Below, piece after piece: positions 43,801-53,511 of a stretch of DNA of 64,000 nucleotides (position 1 is the first letter of the stretch; every line of letters starts with the position of its first letter). The notes beneath the pieces are model-generated. The model was given only the letters and a program-made list of their open reading frames with translations. It did not search any database and had not been told where the DNA came from. The DNA is taken from positions 38,637 to 102,636 of the forward strand of contig JBOHUG010000114.1 in assembly GCA_050734135.1 (NCBI GenBank), in the 5' to 3' direction. This DNA is from Candidatus Dormibacteria bacterium (lineage in GTDB: Bacteria; Chloroflexota; Dormibacteria; Aeolococcales; Bog-877). The position numbers and the translations under genes are program-made.

Positions 43801-45678
43801 TCAATACAACGGTCGGAGCGGCGCAGCCCAGATGGCAAGGACAGCGTCTACCAGCGCCGCGTGGCTTTGCACTTGCGGGTAGTTCCCCCAGAGCTCTCCC
43901 GTCTCGGGGTCGGCGACCTCGGAGAGCTGGCCGGCTGCCCCGGCCAGCTGGTAGACGGCCCGAACTCGAGACTCGGCGGCTTCCAGCTCGCCCAGCAGAG
44001 CTTCGGCCCAGGCCGCCCAGAGCGCCGGAAATATGAACGGAAAGCAGGGAGCCGCGATGCCGTCGCGCTCGGGCGAGTGCCTGGCCATCAGCGGACCGCG
44101 GCCCAGGTCGAGGGCGACCCGTCGAAGGGTGGCGTCGGCATCCGGTTGGTCAGCGACGACGAACCCGACAAGATAAGCGGCCAGCAGGGCCGAGTCAGCA
44201 CCGGAGTCCTGGAAGGACATGACCAGCTCCCGGTTGGGTCCCCGGCCCCGATGTAGCAGCTCGCTCTCGATCGCGGTCTGCTCCTTCCGCCAGGCGTCAA
44301 CCGCTCCCTCGATTTGGCCCCGGTCGGCGAGGGAGCAGGCGGCCTCGAGCGCCGACCACGCCATGACCTTGCTATGGACATAATCCTGGGTCTTGCCGCG
44401 CGCCTCCCAGATTCCGTGATCGGGAAGTCGCCAAGTACGGGCCGCCGCGGCGGCGATAGCCGGGACGTGGCGGAGGAGCTCCTCCGGGCAGTGATGCTGG
44501 TGGCGATCCAGCTCCGAGGCGAGCCGGGCCATCTCGCCCAGGGTGTCAAGCTGCACCTGACCGGCGGCGCCATTCCCGATGCGAACCACCGCACCCGAGT
44601 ACCCCCGAAGGTAACCCAATACGTGCTCTTGGGGAAGTTCGCCGCCGAGAACCCGCCGAACCGGAGCCGCCCGGTCGGGTCGCTCACCGACCAGCCGGCC
44701 CAGCCCCCGCGCCACTGCCTCGGCCTCGGGCAGGGCCCCAACGCGGCAGAGCGCCATTCCGGCGTCGGCGCAGTCCCTCAACCAGGCATAGCGATAGTCC
44801 CAGGCCCGGACGCTGGCGGGCCACTGTGGAATCGAGGTGACCGGCGCGGCGACGAACAGCCCGGAGTCGCGGTGCTGCAGCCCTCGCAGGGTCAGCAGTG
44901 ACCGATCCACGGCCCCGATCGCCCAGCGAGGGGCGCGGGCGGCGAGCTCGGCGAGCGGGGGGGTTGCATGCAGTTGCAAAATCCATTCGCGGTCGGCCGC
45001 GACCGAGCCCGCCAGAAGCTCTCGGGTCGCCCGGACTGCGTCGGCCGGAGACTCTTCAGCCAGGGTCAAGAGGGGCGGACGCTGGTCGAGCTCGCCTGGC
45101 GCGCCCAGCCAGACCGCGAGGCCCCCCTCGGGCAGGTAGGCGATCAGACCGTCCTCAGCGACCTCGGTGGACGCGCTGGAAGTCAGTAGCAGCGGCCCAC
45201 CCGGACCGTCCTCGACGACGCCCTCTGCGAGAGTGGCCCCGAATGGCCCCCTGGCCCAGCCGGCGCCTCCTCCAGCGCTGGGATCGCGAAGCGTAATCCG
45301 AATGGTTGCCCCGGGCGGCCCGTCGACCAGCCAGGCAAGGGCGCTCGCGCCGCTGCCATCGTCCAGAAGACCGCACTGGATCTGCAGTCCGTCGAGATAC
45401 GAGAACCGGACGACCCGTGACATCTCAGCCCAGCTGGCGGAGGCATCGACACCCTGTTCCGCAGTCACCCCTACCGAACCACCTCGACCGGGGTCGAGCA
45501 GGGCGGCCAGACGTGCGGCGCTGTCGAAGCCGGGCCAGCACCAGAAATCACAGCCCCCAGCGGGGTTGATCAGAGCCGCGGTCCGGCCGTCGGCGAGGCA
45601 GAAGTAATCCTTCACCGGGAGGTCGAAGCGGCTCGGCGGCGCTGGCGACTCCCGCTCCGACCCCGACCTCACACCCAA
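43801..45678 (-). CDS. Glycoside hydrolase family 15 protein (glucoamylase/trehalase-like)
   Basis: 625 aa with an N-terminal beta-sandwich and C-terminal (alpha/alpha)6 region. The WDYRYAWLRD motif is typical of bacterial GH15. Confidence 0.75.
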   Translation of the reverse strand: MGVRSGSERESPAPPSRFDLPVKDYFCLADGRTAALINPAGGCDFWCWPGFDSAARLAALLDPGRGGSVGVTAEQGVDASASWAEMSRVVRFSYLDGLQIQCGLLDDGSGASALAWLVDGPPGATIRITLRDPSAGGGAGWARGPFGATLAEGVVEDGPGGPLLLTSSASTEVAEDGLIAYLPEGGLAVWLGAPGELDQRPPLLTLAEESPADAVRATRELLAGSVAADREWILQLHATPPLAELAARAPRWAIGAVDRSLLTLRGLQHRDSGLFVAAPVTSIPQWPASVRAWDYRYAWLRDCADAGMALCRVGALPEAEAVARGLGRLVGERPDRAAPVRRVLGGELPQEHVLGYLRGYSGAVVRIGNGAAGQVQLDTLGEMARLASELDRHQHHCPEELLRHVPAIAAAAARTWRLPDHGIWEARGKTQDYVHSKVMAWSALEAACSLADRGQIEGAVDAWRKEQTAIESELLHRGRGPNRELVMSFQDSGADSALLAAYLVGFVVADQPDADATLRRVALDLGRGPLMARHSPERDGIAAPCFPFIFPALWAAWAEALLGELEAAESRVRAVYQLAGAAGQLSEVADPETGELWGNYPQVQSHAALVDAVLAIWAAPLRPLY

Positions 45679-45710
45679 AGGCTACCCGCGGAAAGCTTCC
45701 CGGTTCTGGC

Positions 45711-46982
45711 TCAGCCCGACATGGTCTGGAGCAGCGCACCGATCTGAGCGATCTTGCTGGCCCAGCTCTGATCCCTGGCGTAGTCGACGTTCATCCCCTT
45801 GGGGGTGGGGCCGTTGTAGTACTGACCCGTCGCCACCGTGCCCGACCGGCCGCCGTAGTTGGCAACTTCGGAGCCGGGCGGGGTGAGGTAGTACGCCGAG
45901 ACGAACCAAGAGACGTAGGAGATGCAGTCCTGGTCGCTGGTGAAGGTCTCGCCGTCGACATAGGGGTTCGCGTCGTAGGCCTCGAATCCGAACAGGTTGT
46001 GCTTGTTCGTGTACAGCGCCGAGGTGCCCCAGCGGGTCTCCAGGACGGCGTCCGAGACCAGATAGATGGCACTGACGTGATTGGACTGCTCCGCCTGGAG
46101 GAAGTAGCTGGCGTCAGCCTCCAGCGGAGTTCCCTGCAGGAACTCCTGGATCTGCTGCAGGGAGATGCCGCTGGGAAGGGTCAGGTTGGTATTGACGGTG
46201 AAGGACCCTCCCCCTTCGCTAGCGGGAGGCGAGCTGGGGGGTGGGGTCGGCGCCGGGCCACCCGGTGTAGGAGTGCTCACCGGTGTTGGAGTGGGGGTCG
46301 GGGTGGCGCTGGGCGAGCTGCCAGCCGCCGGCGAACTTTTCGAAGCTGGTCCGCCCTGCACTTTCGGTTGGAAGGTAGCGTCAGCCGCCTGACTGGCCTG
46401 GAACTCGGCCACCAGCTCCTCCGCCTGGAGCCGGGACTCGGTCGCCGAAGCCTGCTTCTGCTCCTGCTGTAGGGCCGCCTCGCTGGCCTGCTCGTTGCGC
46501 ACATCTTGGGCGAGATTCAGCAGGAGCTGGCGCTGAGAGGCGGTCAGCTGGGAGAGCTCGATCTGGGTGTCGAGGGCGGTATTGAAATCGGGGCTGGCCA
46601 GGACCGAGAGCAGGCCATTGGGAGCGCCGGTGTACTCCTCGGACACCAGGTTGGCCAGCTGCCGACGCTCCTGGCCGATCTGGACCTTGTCGCTGGCAAT
46701 GGCCGTGCGCGCCGCCTGTACCTCGGCGGCAAGCGTTACCAGCTCCGCTTTGGCCTTTGCGACCAAGGCTGCGAGGGTGGCAGGGGAAGAGGAGGGCGAG
46801 TTGGAGCTGGCGCTCGCCAGGGGCGCGCCCGTGCCCGCGATCAAAGCCAGCGCGCCCACGCCGGCGATGACCGCGGCGGCCGCGGATTGCCCCCACTTCT
46901 TGACCCCGTCCACGAGGAGCCATTCTTCGATCGGATCGCACAATCCGATCTCGATGTCGCAGCCCCGATTCTGGACCGTCAC
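45711..46982 (-). CDS. Secreted coiled-coil + mannosyl-glycoprotein endo-beta-N-acetylglucosaminidase-domain hydrolase
   Basis: Signal-like hydrophobic segment, ~180 aa coiled coil, PT-rich linker (TPTPTPTPVSTPTP), C-terminal glucosaminidase motif (NHVSAIYLVSDAVLETRWGTS...NLFGFEAYD). The true start is probably ~46904, leaving room for a divergent promoter. Confidence 0.7.
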   Translation of the reverse strand: MTVQNRGCDIEIGLCDPIEEWLLVDGVKKWGQSAAAAVIAGVGALALIAGTGAPLASASSNSPSSSPATLAALVAKAKAELVTLAAEVQAARTAIASDKVQIGQERRQLANLVSEEYTGAPNGLLSVLASPDFNTALDTQIELSQLTASQRQLLLNLAQDVRNEQASEAALQQEQKQASATESRLQAEELVAEFQASQAADATFQPKVQGGPASKSSPAAGSSPSATPTPTPTPVSTPTPGGPAPTPPPSSPPASEGGGSFTVNTNLTLPSGISLQQIQEFLQGTPLEADASYFLQAEQSNHVSAIYLVSDAVLETRWGTSALYTNKHNLFGFEAYDANPYVDGETFTSDQDCISYVSWFVSAYYLTPPGSEVANYGGRSGTVATGQYYNGPTPKGMNVDYARDQSWASKIAQIGALLQTMSG

Positions 46983-47050
46983 CGCGATTGAAGGGTGGGT
47001 TTCGCCCGACCCCTAGACTCGAACTCGTGGATCCCCAGGCGGCGGCCACC

Positions 47051-47410
47051 GTGGTGCTCGCGGAAGACGAGCCGATGATCGGTCGGATCCTCGAGTTCAA
47101 ACTAAAGATGGAGGGCCACCGGCTGGTCTGGGTCCGCAGCGCAGGGGAAGCTGAGGCGCTTGTCCGAAAGGGCGGAGTGGAGCTCCTGCTGTGCGATGTC
47201 ACTCTCGAGGAGGATGGTCGGGACCTTTGCCGCCGGCTGATCGGCGAGGGCCTGGCGCCTCCGTCCGGAATCGTTCTGATGCCCGAGCAAAGGGATCCCG
47301 AGGGCCGGGAAAAGGCGCTAGCTGCCGGGGCCAGAGAGGTGATCGCCAAGCCGTTCAAGCCGACTTTGGTCGCCGCCACGATCCGCCGACTGCTGGAGCG
47401 GGCGGACTAA
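47051..47410 (+). CDS. Single-domain response regulator (REC only)
   Basis: VVLAEDEP acidic pocket, LLLCDVTL phospho-acceptor Asp, conserved K in IAKPF. ORF trimmed from 46988 to the in-frame GTG. Confidence 0.6.
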   Translation: MVLAEDEPMIGRILEFKLKMEGHRLVWVRSAGEAEALVRKGGVELLLCDVTLEEDGRDLCRRLIGEGLAPPSGIVLMPEQRDPEGREKALAAGAREVIAKPFKPTLVAATIRRLLERAD

Positions 47411-47438
47411 CTCCCGGGGCCCGCCTTCAGAAATCCGG

Positions 47439-47849
47439 ATGGCTAGGATGGGCGAGATGACCAGCCGTGTCACCGAGATCATCGTCGACAGCCACGATCC
47501 GCTCACCATCGCCGGCTGGTGGGCCGAGGTCCTCGGTTATGAGGTGTTGCCGATGGCTCCCGAGGGGTGGGTGGGGATATCCCCCTGGCCCCCAGGCAAT
47601 GAGCGCCCCTCAGACGACGCATTCCGCGCCGCCCCCCAGTTGCCCACAATCGTTTTCGTACCGGTCCCCGAAGCCAAGATCGGCAAGAACCGCATCCACC
47701 TTGACATCTGGTCGGTCGATCGGAGCCAAGCGGAGGAGGTGGCCTGGCTCGAAAGCCGGGGCGCTATCAGGGAGGACATCGGCCAGGGAGACGTGCCCTG
47801 GGTGGTGATGGCGGATCCGGAAGGCAATGTCTTCTGCGTGATGGGGTAG
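47439..47849 (+). CDS. VOC/glyoxalase-bleomycin-resistance family protein
   Basis: 136 aa with paired beta-alpha-beta-beta-beta modules (IIVDSHDP...IHLDIW...NVFCVM). Confidence 0.6.
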   Translation: MARMGEMTSRVTEIIVDSHDPLTIAGWWAEVLGYEVLPMAPEGWVGISPWPPGNERPSDDAFRAAPQLPTIVFVPVPEAKIGKNRIHLDIWSVDRSQAEEVAWLESRGAIREDIGQGDVPWVVMADPEGNVFCVMG

Positions 47850-47868
47850 CTCAAGGGAACGAGAGGAG

Positions 47869-48186
47869 CTACCTCTTCTCGCCATCACCGATCTGACGGA
47901 GGATCTCGAACCGGTAGATCCCGGTGTCGTGGCCGTCGTTCCAAATCACCTTGAGCCCATAGTTGCCCACCAACTGGATGTCGGCCAGTTCATCCTCGCC
48001 CTGGTGCAGCTCCGGATCGAGCTGGAACCGGCCCGGCCGCCCCAGCTCGCCGGTGCACAGAGCGCAGGGGCAGGCCCGCCGAAGTCTGTCGAACGGAATC
48101 GCCTGACCACCCCCATCCATCCACTCGATCAGAAGGGCGCGGGCCGGCTCGTCGTAGCCAAATCGACGAGGCGTGGTGCGGTCCAT
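47869..48186 (-). CDS. DUF971-family protein
   Basis: C-terminal 100 aa (LLIEWMDGG...CPCALC...YGLKVIWNDGHDTGIYRF) matches DUF971. The ORF track's N-terminal Ser/Arg-rich extension to 48567 was discarded. Confidence 0.55.
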   Translation of the reverse strand: MDRTTPRRFGYDEPARALLIEWMDGGGQAIPFDRLRRACPCALCTGELGRPGRFQLDPELHQGEDELADIQLVGNYGLKVIWNDGHDTGIYRFEILRQIGDGEKR

Positions 48187-48322
48187 CGAAGGCTCGAGGG
48201 AGGGACGGTCTGCCACCGAGTCAATTGTGACTGCCACTCCAAGGCGCCGCCCGATGGAGGACCGTTCGGGGGAGCGGGCGGCCGGGCTAGCTGAGCGATC
48301 CCAGACCGTATGCTGACCCGGG

Positions 48323-49366
48323 ATGGGTATGGCCGAAGAGCCGTTTGAGCTGGACGAGGGCGGCGCTGACCCGGGGACTCCGATCGACCGCAACCTGGCC
48401 CTGGAGTTGGTCCGGGTCACCGAGGGAGCGGCGATGTCGGCGGCCCGCTGGATGGGCCGGGACGACAAGATCGCCGCCGACCGGGCCGCAGTTGAGTCCA
48501 TGCGCCGCAGCCTCTCCCACGTGGACATGGCCGGGGTCGTCAAGATCGGTGAGGGCGAAAAGGACAAGGCGCCGATGCTCTACATCGGTGAGCAGATCGG
48601 CAACGGCAACCCGCCGCTGGTCGACGTGGCGGTGGATCCCATCGACGGCACGCGACTGGTCGCCCGTGGCCTTCCCGGAGGAATCGCCACCGTGGCGCTC
48701 TCGGAGCGGGACACTCTGCTCAAGACGCACTGCGCCTACATGGAGAAGCTGGTGGTCGGTCCCCGGGCGCGCGGGGTGATCGACCTTCGCGTCTCTCACA
48801 CCGAGAACCTGCAGCGGATCGCGGCCGCTGAAGAGCGACCGGTGCACGATCTGACCGTGGTGGTCCTAGACCGTCCCCGCCACGAGGAGTTGCTCAAGGA
48901 GATCCGGGCCACTGGCGCCCGGGTCAAGCTGATCACCGATGGCGACGTCGCGGCCGGAGTGATGGCAGCCCTTCCGGAGCGCACCGGCCTCGACGTCCTC
49001 CTGGGGATCGGGGGCGCCACTGAAGCTGTGCTGCTGGCCTGCGCGGTGCGCTGCATCCGTGGCGACATGCAGTGCCGGCTCTGGCCCCGCGATGAGGAGG
49101 AGCGCAAGCTCATCCACCAGGAGGGTTTCTCGGAAGCGCAGATCTTCAGTGCCGAGGACCTCTGCGGAGGCGAGAACATCTTCTTTGCCGCGACCGGAAT
49201 CACCGATGGGGAGATGCTGGGCGGGGTGCGGTTCGCGGGGGGGACGGTAGAGACTCACTCGGTGGTGATGCGGTCCTACAGCGGGACCGTCCGCTGGATC
49301 GATGCCTTCCACAATCTGTCCCAGCTGCGGCTGCGCAACGAACTCTCCCGCCTGGCCGACGACTAA
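48323..49366 (+). CDS. glpX: Class II fructose-1,6-bisphosphatase
   Basis: GlpX motifs (VTEGAAMSAARWMGRGDK, IGEGEKD, DPIDGT, LLGIGG). Confidence 0.85.
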   Translation: MGMAEEPFELDEGGADPGTPIDRNLALELVRVTEGAAMSAARWMGRDDKIAADRAAVESMRRSLSHVDMAGVVKIGEGEKDKAPMLYIGEQIGNGNPPLVDVAVDPIDGTRLVARGLPGGIATVALSERDTLLKTHCAYMEKLVVGPRARGVIDLRVSHTENLQRIAAAEERPVHDLTVVVLDRPRHEELLKEIRATGARVKLITDGDVAAGVMAALPERTGLDVLLGIGGATEAVLLACAVRCIRGDMQCRLWPRDEEERKLIHQEGFSEAQIFSAEDLCGGENIFFAATGITDGEMLGGVRFAGGTVETHSVVMRSYSGTVRWIDAFHNLSQLRLRNELSRLADD

Positions 49367-49390
49367 CCCCAGGCCCGCCTAAAAGCGGTC

Positions 49391-49918
49391 TCACATCCCC
49401 CCGGGAGCGTCCTCCAGCCGGAATCCCTCGCCCGCAGCCCCACAGACGATGCAGCGATCGGGCGGTTCCAGCCCGCGCTGGGTTCCCCCGCACTTACCGC
49501 AGACCCACTGGTGGCGGGCGAAGAAGGTGACTAGGTCGGTTCGCGAGATCAAGCCCACCAACTTGCCGTGGCGGACCACCGGCAACCGGCGGATTCGCTG
49601 CGCCATAAGGATCTCGGCCGCCTCGCTAAGGGGAACCTCCTCTTCAATGGTCCGGGGTTCCAACGACATGATGTCGGCCACGATCGTCCCCGGCTTGAGC
49701 ACCACGTCCATCTCGCTGACCACCCCCACCACCCGGTGGTGATCGTCGAGGACCGGCATGCCGGTGATGTGGTGCTGGCCCAGCATCTGGGCAACTTCGG
49801 TCACCTGGGCTTCAGGACCGATCGTGATCACTGCCCGAGTCATCACCGCTGCCACGGTGGCGCCTCCCGGCGGGGTCTCTTCGATCGGTGTCGCCATTTC
49901 AGCTTCTCCTTCGGGCAA
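49391..49918 (-). CDS. CBS-pair domain protein with C-terminal Cys4 zinc ribbon
   Basis: Two CBS motifs (GMPVLDDHHRVVGVVSEMD; RLPVVRHGKLVGLISRTD) and a terminal CGKCG...CIVCG ribbon. Confidence 0.7.
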   Translation of the reverse strand: MPEGEAEMATPIEETPPGGATVAAVMTRAVITIGPEAQVTEVAQMLGQHHITGMPVLDDHHRVVGVVSEMDVVLKPGTIVADIMSLEPRTIEEEVPLSEAAEILMAQRIRRLPVVRHGKLVGLISRTDLVTFFARHQWVCGKCGGTQRGLEPPDRCIVCGAAGEGFRLEDAPGGM

Positions 49919-50058
49919 ACTGGAGGGACCGCCGCCCGTGATCGCGCAGCTTAGCGCTGGGCGACTGCGGGAGGGGCCGCCGATGACCCACTCGTCCCCA
50001 GTGGTCGTTTGCTAATGTGCCGAAGTCACCATTTTTGAATGCAAGTAGAGAGGTCCTC

Positions 50059-51615
50059 ATGGGCAAGGTTGCCGACCCCTATTCGCCTTCCGCCCGGACC
50101 ACCCGGCAGAACCCCTCGCAGGAGGAGTTGAGGGAGTTGACGGCGGCGATGCCGACGGCTCGCCGCACCGCCTACGACAACTACAACGTTCAGACCCAGG
50201 CGCTGGCCAGGAGCACCGGCTCCACCTATATCGTCACCGACACACCCGAGATGACCTCCAGCCAGACGATCAGCTCCGAGGAGGGGCGCCGGGTGGCCCG
50301 GCTGCAGGAGGAGTACCTCCTCGGCCAGGACGTGATCGTGATCGACGGGTTTGTGAACAACGATCCCGATTTCCGCTCTCCGGTGCGGCTGGTGATCGAG
50401 GTTGGCGGTGCCAACATCGCCGGAATGCAGGACCATCTGCTCTTCAAGGACGAGCTGCTGGGAGAAGACTTCCGGCCTGAGTTCACCTTGATCTACACCC
50501 CCACCCTGAAGATGCCCGGGTACCCCGAGGACCGGCTGATCGCGGTGGATTTGGAGCACGGGCTTACCCGGGTGTTCAACTCCGACTACTTCGGCGAGTC
50601 GAAGAAAGGACTGCTGCGGATGTGGAACCGGCTGATCTATCAGCGGGGCGGCCTGGCCCTGCACGCCGGCTGCAAGGTGATCCCGACCGACCAGGGTGAG
50701 CGCACCCTGCTGATCGTCGGTCTATCTGGCACTGGCAAGACCACCACCACCTTCACCCGGCAGAACGAAAGCAAGCCGGTCCAGGATGACTTTGTGGCCC
50801 TGATGCCGGGCGGGATCGTCTACGGCTCCGAGAACGGCTGCTTCGCCAAGACCTACGCCCTCAGCGTCAGGGAGGAGCCCACCATCCACGGGGCGGTGAC
50901 CTCGCGGGTCGCCTATCTGGAGAATGTGTCCCAGCAGGAGGTCGACGGACCCGTCGATTTCTTCGACGAGACATACACCCAGAATGGGCGCGCCGTCTTC
51001 CCGATGGAGGCGCTGGGGTGGTCTAGGGACGCCCGGGACATCGCCCCGGTCTCCTCCTTGCTGATCCTCAACCGCAACGACGGGATCATCCCGGCCGTGG
51101 CACGCCTCTCTGTGGAGCAGGCCGCCGCCTACTTCATGCTGGGCGAGACCAAGGGCACCGCCGCCGGCGGCGCCGAGGAGGCCGGAAAATCGCTGCGGGT
51201 GCCCGGGACCAACCCCTTCTTCCCGCTGCTGCATGCACAGCAAGGGAATCGATTCCGAGAGCTGCATGCTCAGAGCAACTTCCAGGTTTTCCTGCTCAAC
51301 ACCGGCTGGGTGGGAGGCGGGGAAGGCGACCCCAACTCCAAGAAGATCCGCATCCCCCACTCGTCGGCGGTGGTCAAGGCCATCGCCGAAGGGACAATCA
51401 GCTGGGAGCGGGATCCGGACTTCGGCTACGAGGTGGCGACCGCGGTCCCGGGGATCGATGACCCAGAACTGCTCAAGCCTCGCCGCCTGTACCAGCGCCA
51501 GGGCCGCGCCCAGGAGCACCAAACGATCGTCGAGCGGCTGCGGCGGGAGCGCGCCGAATACTTGGCCAAGTACCCTGGGCTGGACCCGGCGACCCTGAAG
51601 GCCGTTGCGGGCTGA
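50059..51615 (+). CDS. pckA: Phosphoenolpyruvate carboxykinase (ATP)
   Basis: PEPCK-ATP kinase-1a loop GLSGTGKTT and overall conservation. The ATG at 50059 with a GAGAGG RBS is preferred over the ORF-track start at 50017. Confidence 0.85.
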   Translation: MGKVADPYSPSARTTRQNPSQEELRELTAAMPTARRTAYDNYNVQTQALARSTGSTYIVTDTPEMTSSQTISSEEGRRVARLQEEYLLGQDVIVIDGFVNNDPDFRSPVRLVIEVGGANIAGMQDHLLFKDELLGEDFRPEFTLIYTPTLKMPGYPEDRLIAVDLEHGLTRVFNSDYFGESKKGLLRMWNRLIYQRGGLALHAGCKVIPTDQGERTLLIVGLSGTGKTTTTFTRQNESKPVQDDFVALMPGGIVYGSENGCFAKTYALSVREEPTIHGAVTSRVAYLENVSQQEVDGPVDFFDETYTQNGRAVFPMEALGWSRDARDIAPVSSLLILNRNDGIIPAVARLSVEQAAAYFMLGETKGTAAGGAEEAGKSLRVPGTNPFFPLLHAQQGNRFRELHAQSNFQVFLLNTGWVGGGEGDPNSKKIRIPHSSAVVKAIAEGTISWERDPDFGYEVATAVPGIDDPELLKPRRLYQRQGRAQEHQTIVERLRRERAEYLAKYPGLDPATLKAVAG

Positions 51616-52172
51616 TGCTCGTGCCAGAGCCCTCCGCTCTGGTGGTCATCGATGTGCAGGTGGGATTCGACGACCCGGTGTGGGGCCCGCGCAACAACCC
51701 TGATTGCGAGGCCAACGTGGCAAGCCTGATTCGAGTCTGGCGCGAGCGCCGGCAGTCGGTCGTGTTTGTCCGTCACGACTCCGACGAGGGGTCGGACTCG
51801 CCCCTTGCCCCGGGCCAGCCGGGAAACGACTTCAAAGCGGCGGTGCAGGGCCAACCTGACCTGCTGGTCACGAAACAGGTCCATTCAGCCTTCTATGGAA
51901 GTCCGAACCTCGATGAGTGGCTGCAGGAGCGCGGGGTGGCCGCGGTGGTGATCTGCGGTATCGCCACCGACCACTGCTGCGAGATCACCGCCCGGATCGC
52001 CGGAGACCTCGGCTACCAGACCTACTTCGCTCTCGATGCTACCCGTGCTTTCGACCGCATGGGACCGGACGGTGACACGGTTTCCGCCGACGAAGTCTGC
52101 CGGGCCAGCGCGGCCAGCATCCACGACGAGTTCGCGACGGTAGTCACCACAGCCGATCTGGTCGCCGGGTGA
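51615..52172 (+). CDS. Isochorismatase-family cysteine hydrolase
   Basis: LVVIDVQVGF N-terminus, catalytic Cys in VVICGIATDHCC. Start overlaps the pckA stop. Confidence 0.7.
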   Translation: MLVPEPSALVVIDVQVGFDDPVWGPRNNPDCEANVASLIRVWRERRQSVVFVRHDSDEGSDSPLAPGQPGNDFKAAVQGQPDLLVTKQVHSAFYGSPNLDEWLQERGVAAVVICGIATDHCCEITARIAGDLGYQTYFALDATRAFDRMGPDGDTVSADEVCRASAASIHDEFATVVTTADLVAG

Positions 52173-52334
52173 TCTAAGGCCTCACACAATGCCCCCAGGC
52201 TCGCTCGACCCACGCCCAAAGCTCGTCGCAATGGCGGGGCGGTATCCTGGCACTTGGCGGCTTACGTCTCGGCACACCCGGACCCCAGTTCACCATCCTC
52301 AATCGCAGGCGCACTGGGCCAGGAGGAGTGGTCC

Positions 52335-52733
52335 ATGGCCACGGTCAGCGTGCGTTACATCGTTGCCGATGTGGATGCGGCGATCGCGTTTTACTGCACT
52401 CATTTGGGCTTTCAGGAGCGAATGCACCCAGCACCCACCTTCGCTATCGTGCAGCGCGAAGGACTTCGCCTGTTGCTCAGTTCGCCGAGCACGCAGGCGG
52501 GTGGCGGGCAGGTGTTGGCGGACGGGACCCGGCCCGCTCCAGGCGGCTGGAATCGGATCTCGCTCCAGGTAGTGGATCTGGTCGGGAAAACAGAGGAACT
52601 CCGGCGAGCGGGCGTCTATTTCCGCAATGACATCGTCGACGGGGTAGGCGGCAAGCAGATTCTGCTCGACGACCCCTCCGGCAACCCGGTCGAGCTGTTC
52701 CAGCCCACGACAGCCGAAGCTTGGGACAGCTGA
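52335..52733 (+). CDS. VOC/glyoxalase family protein
   Basis: 133 aa from the ATG with an AGGAGG RBS. Paired VOC modules (VRYIVADVDAAIAFY...NPVELFQP). Confidence 0.6.
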   Translation: MATVSVRYIVADVDAAIAFYCTHLGFQERMHPAPTFAIVQREGLRLLLSSPSTQAGGGQVLADGTRPAPGGWNRISLQVVDLVGKTEELRRAGVYFRNDIVDGVGGKQILLDDPSGNPVELFQPTTAEAWDS

Positions 52734-52974
52734 CCCTCCGCTCGTTCGAGCGATTGGTCTAGGCTGCGCCGGATTCGGTACGACCAGAGATCGCCGTATT
52801 CACTTGACGGGATGGCCCCAGGCGGCCCATCCCAGCGGGTGGCCCGGGAGCTTCCAGTCCACTCTCGATGGCCCCCGCCGACCTCGGGTACAGCCAAGGC
52901 GCAGCTCCTGGGTGGCAAACTCACAGGGTGCGCTTGATTTTCGGCGACCGATTCCGGTGAGCGACCAGCCGGTG

Positions 52975-53511
52975 ATGCGGCCCTCGAAGCCGGAGTATTT
53001 CCTGCTCCTGGCGCTGGCGGCGCGAACCCGGGCCGACTGCCTCGGCCGGCGGGTGGGCGCTGTCGTGGTTCGTGACGACCGAGTCATCAGCACTGGCTAC
53101 AACGGCACTCCGATCGGAATGCCCAACTGCTCCGAGGACGGCTGCCACCGCTGTGCCAATCGGGACACCGACACCTACCCGGCCGGTCGCGGCTACGACC
53201 TCTGCATCTGCGTCCACGCCGAGCAGAACGCGGTGTTGGCGGCGGCCCGCTTCGGACAATCGACACTGGCAGCAACGCTCTACTCGACAATGCGGCCCTG
53301 CTTCGGCTGTCTGAAGGAGTCGCTGCAGGCGGGGATCGCGGCGGTGCATTATCTGGAGGACTGGCAGGTTGCCCCCGGCGAAGACGACGCCGCTCTGGCC
53401 GCCCAGTACGCTGCGCTGCGGTCTCGCTTCCGGGACTTCAGTCAGGCCCGCATCCCAGACCACCGGCTGGCTCGGCTGCTGGCCGAGGAGCGGGTGGGGA
53501 CCGAATCATGA
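52975..53511 (+). CDS. dCMP/cytidine deaminase-family zinc enzyme (ComEB-like)
   Basis: HAEQNA zinc/catalytic motif and PCxxC (RPCFGCLK). Start trimmed to MRPSKPEY. Confidence 0.7.
   Translation: MRPSKPEYFLLLALAARTRADCLGRRVGAVVVRDDRVISTGYNGTPIGMPNCSEDGCHRCANRDTDTYPAGRGYDLCICVHAEQNAVLAAARFGQSTLAATLYSTMRPCFGCLKESLQAGIAAVHYLEDWQVAPGEDDAALAAQYAALRSRFRDFSQARIPDHRLARLLAEERVGTES

Noticed and set aside
46381-47379. 332-aa minus-strand ORF overlapping the glucosaminidase gene and the response regulator
   Set aside because: It is in a different frame from the supported hydrolase ORF, Arg/Gly/Pro-rich, and crosses a divergent promoter region.
48187-48567. N-terminal 127-aa extension of the DUF971 ORF
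   Set aside because: Ser/Arg/Pro-rich and overlapping the glpX upstream region. DUF971 homology starts at the internal Met (MDRTTPRRF), so the gene was trimmed.
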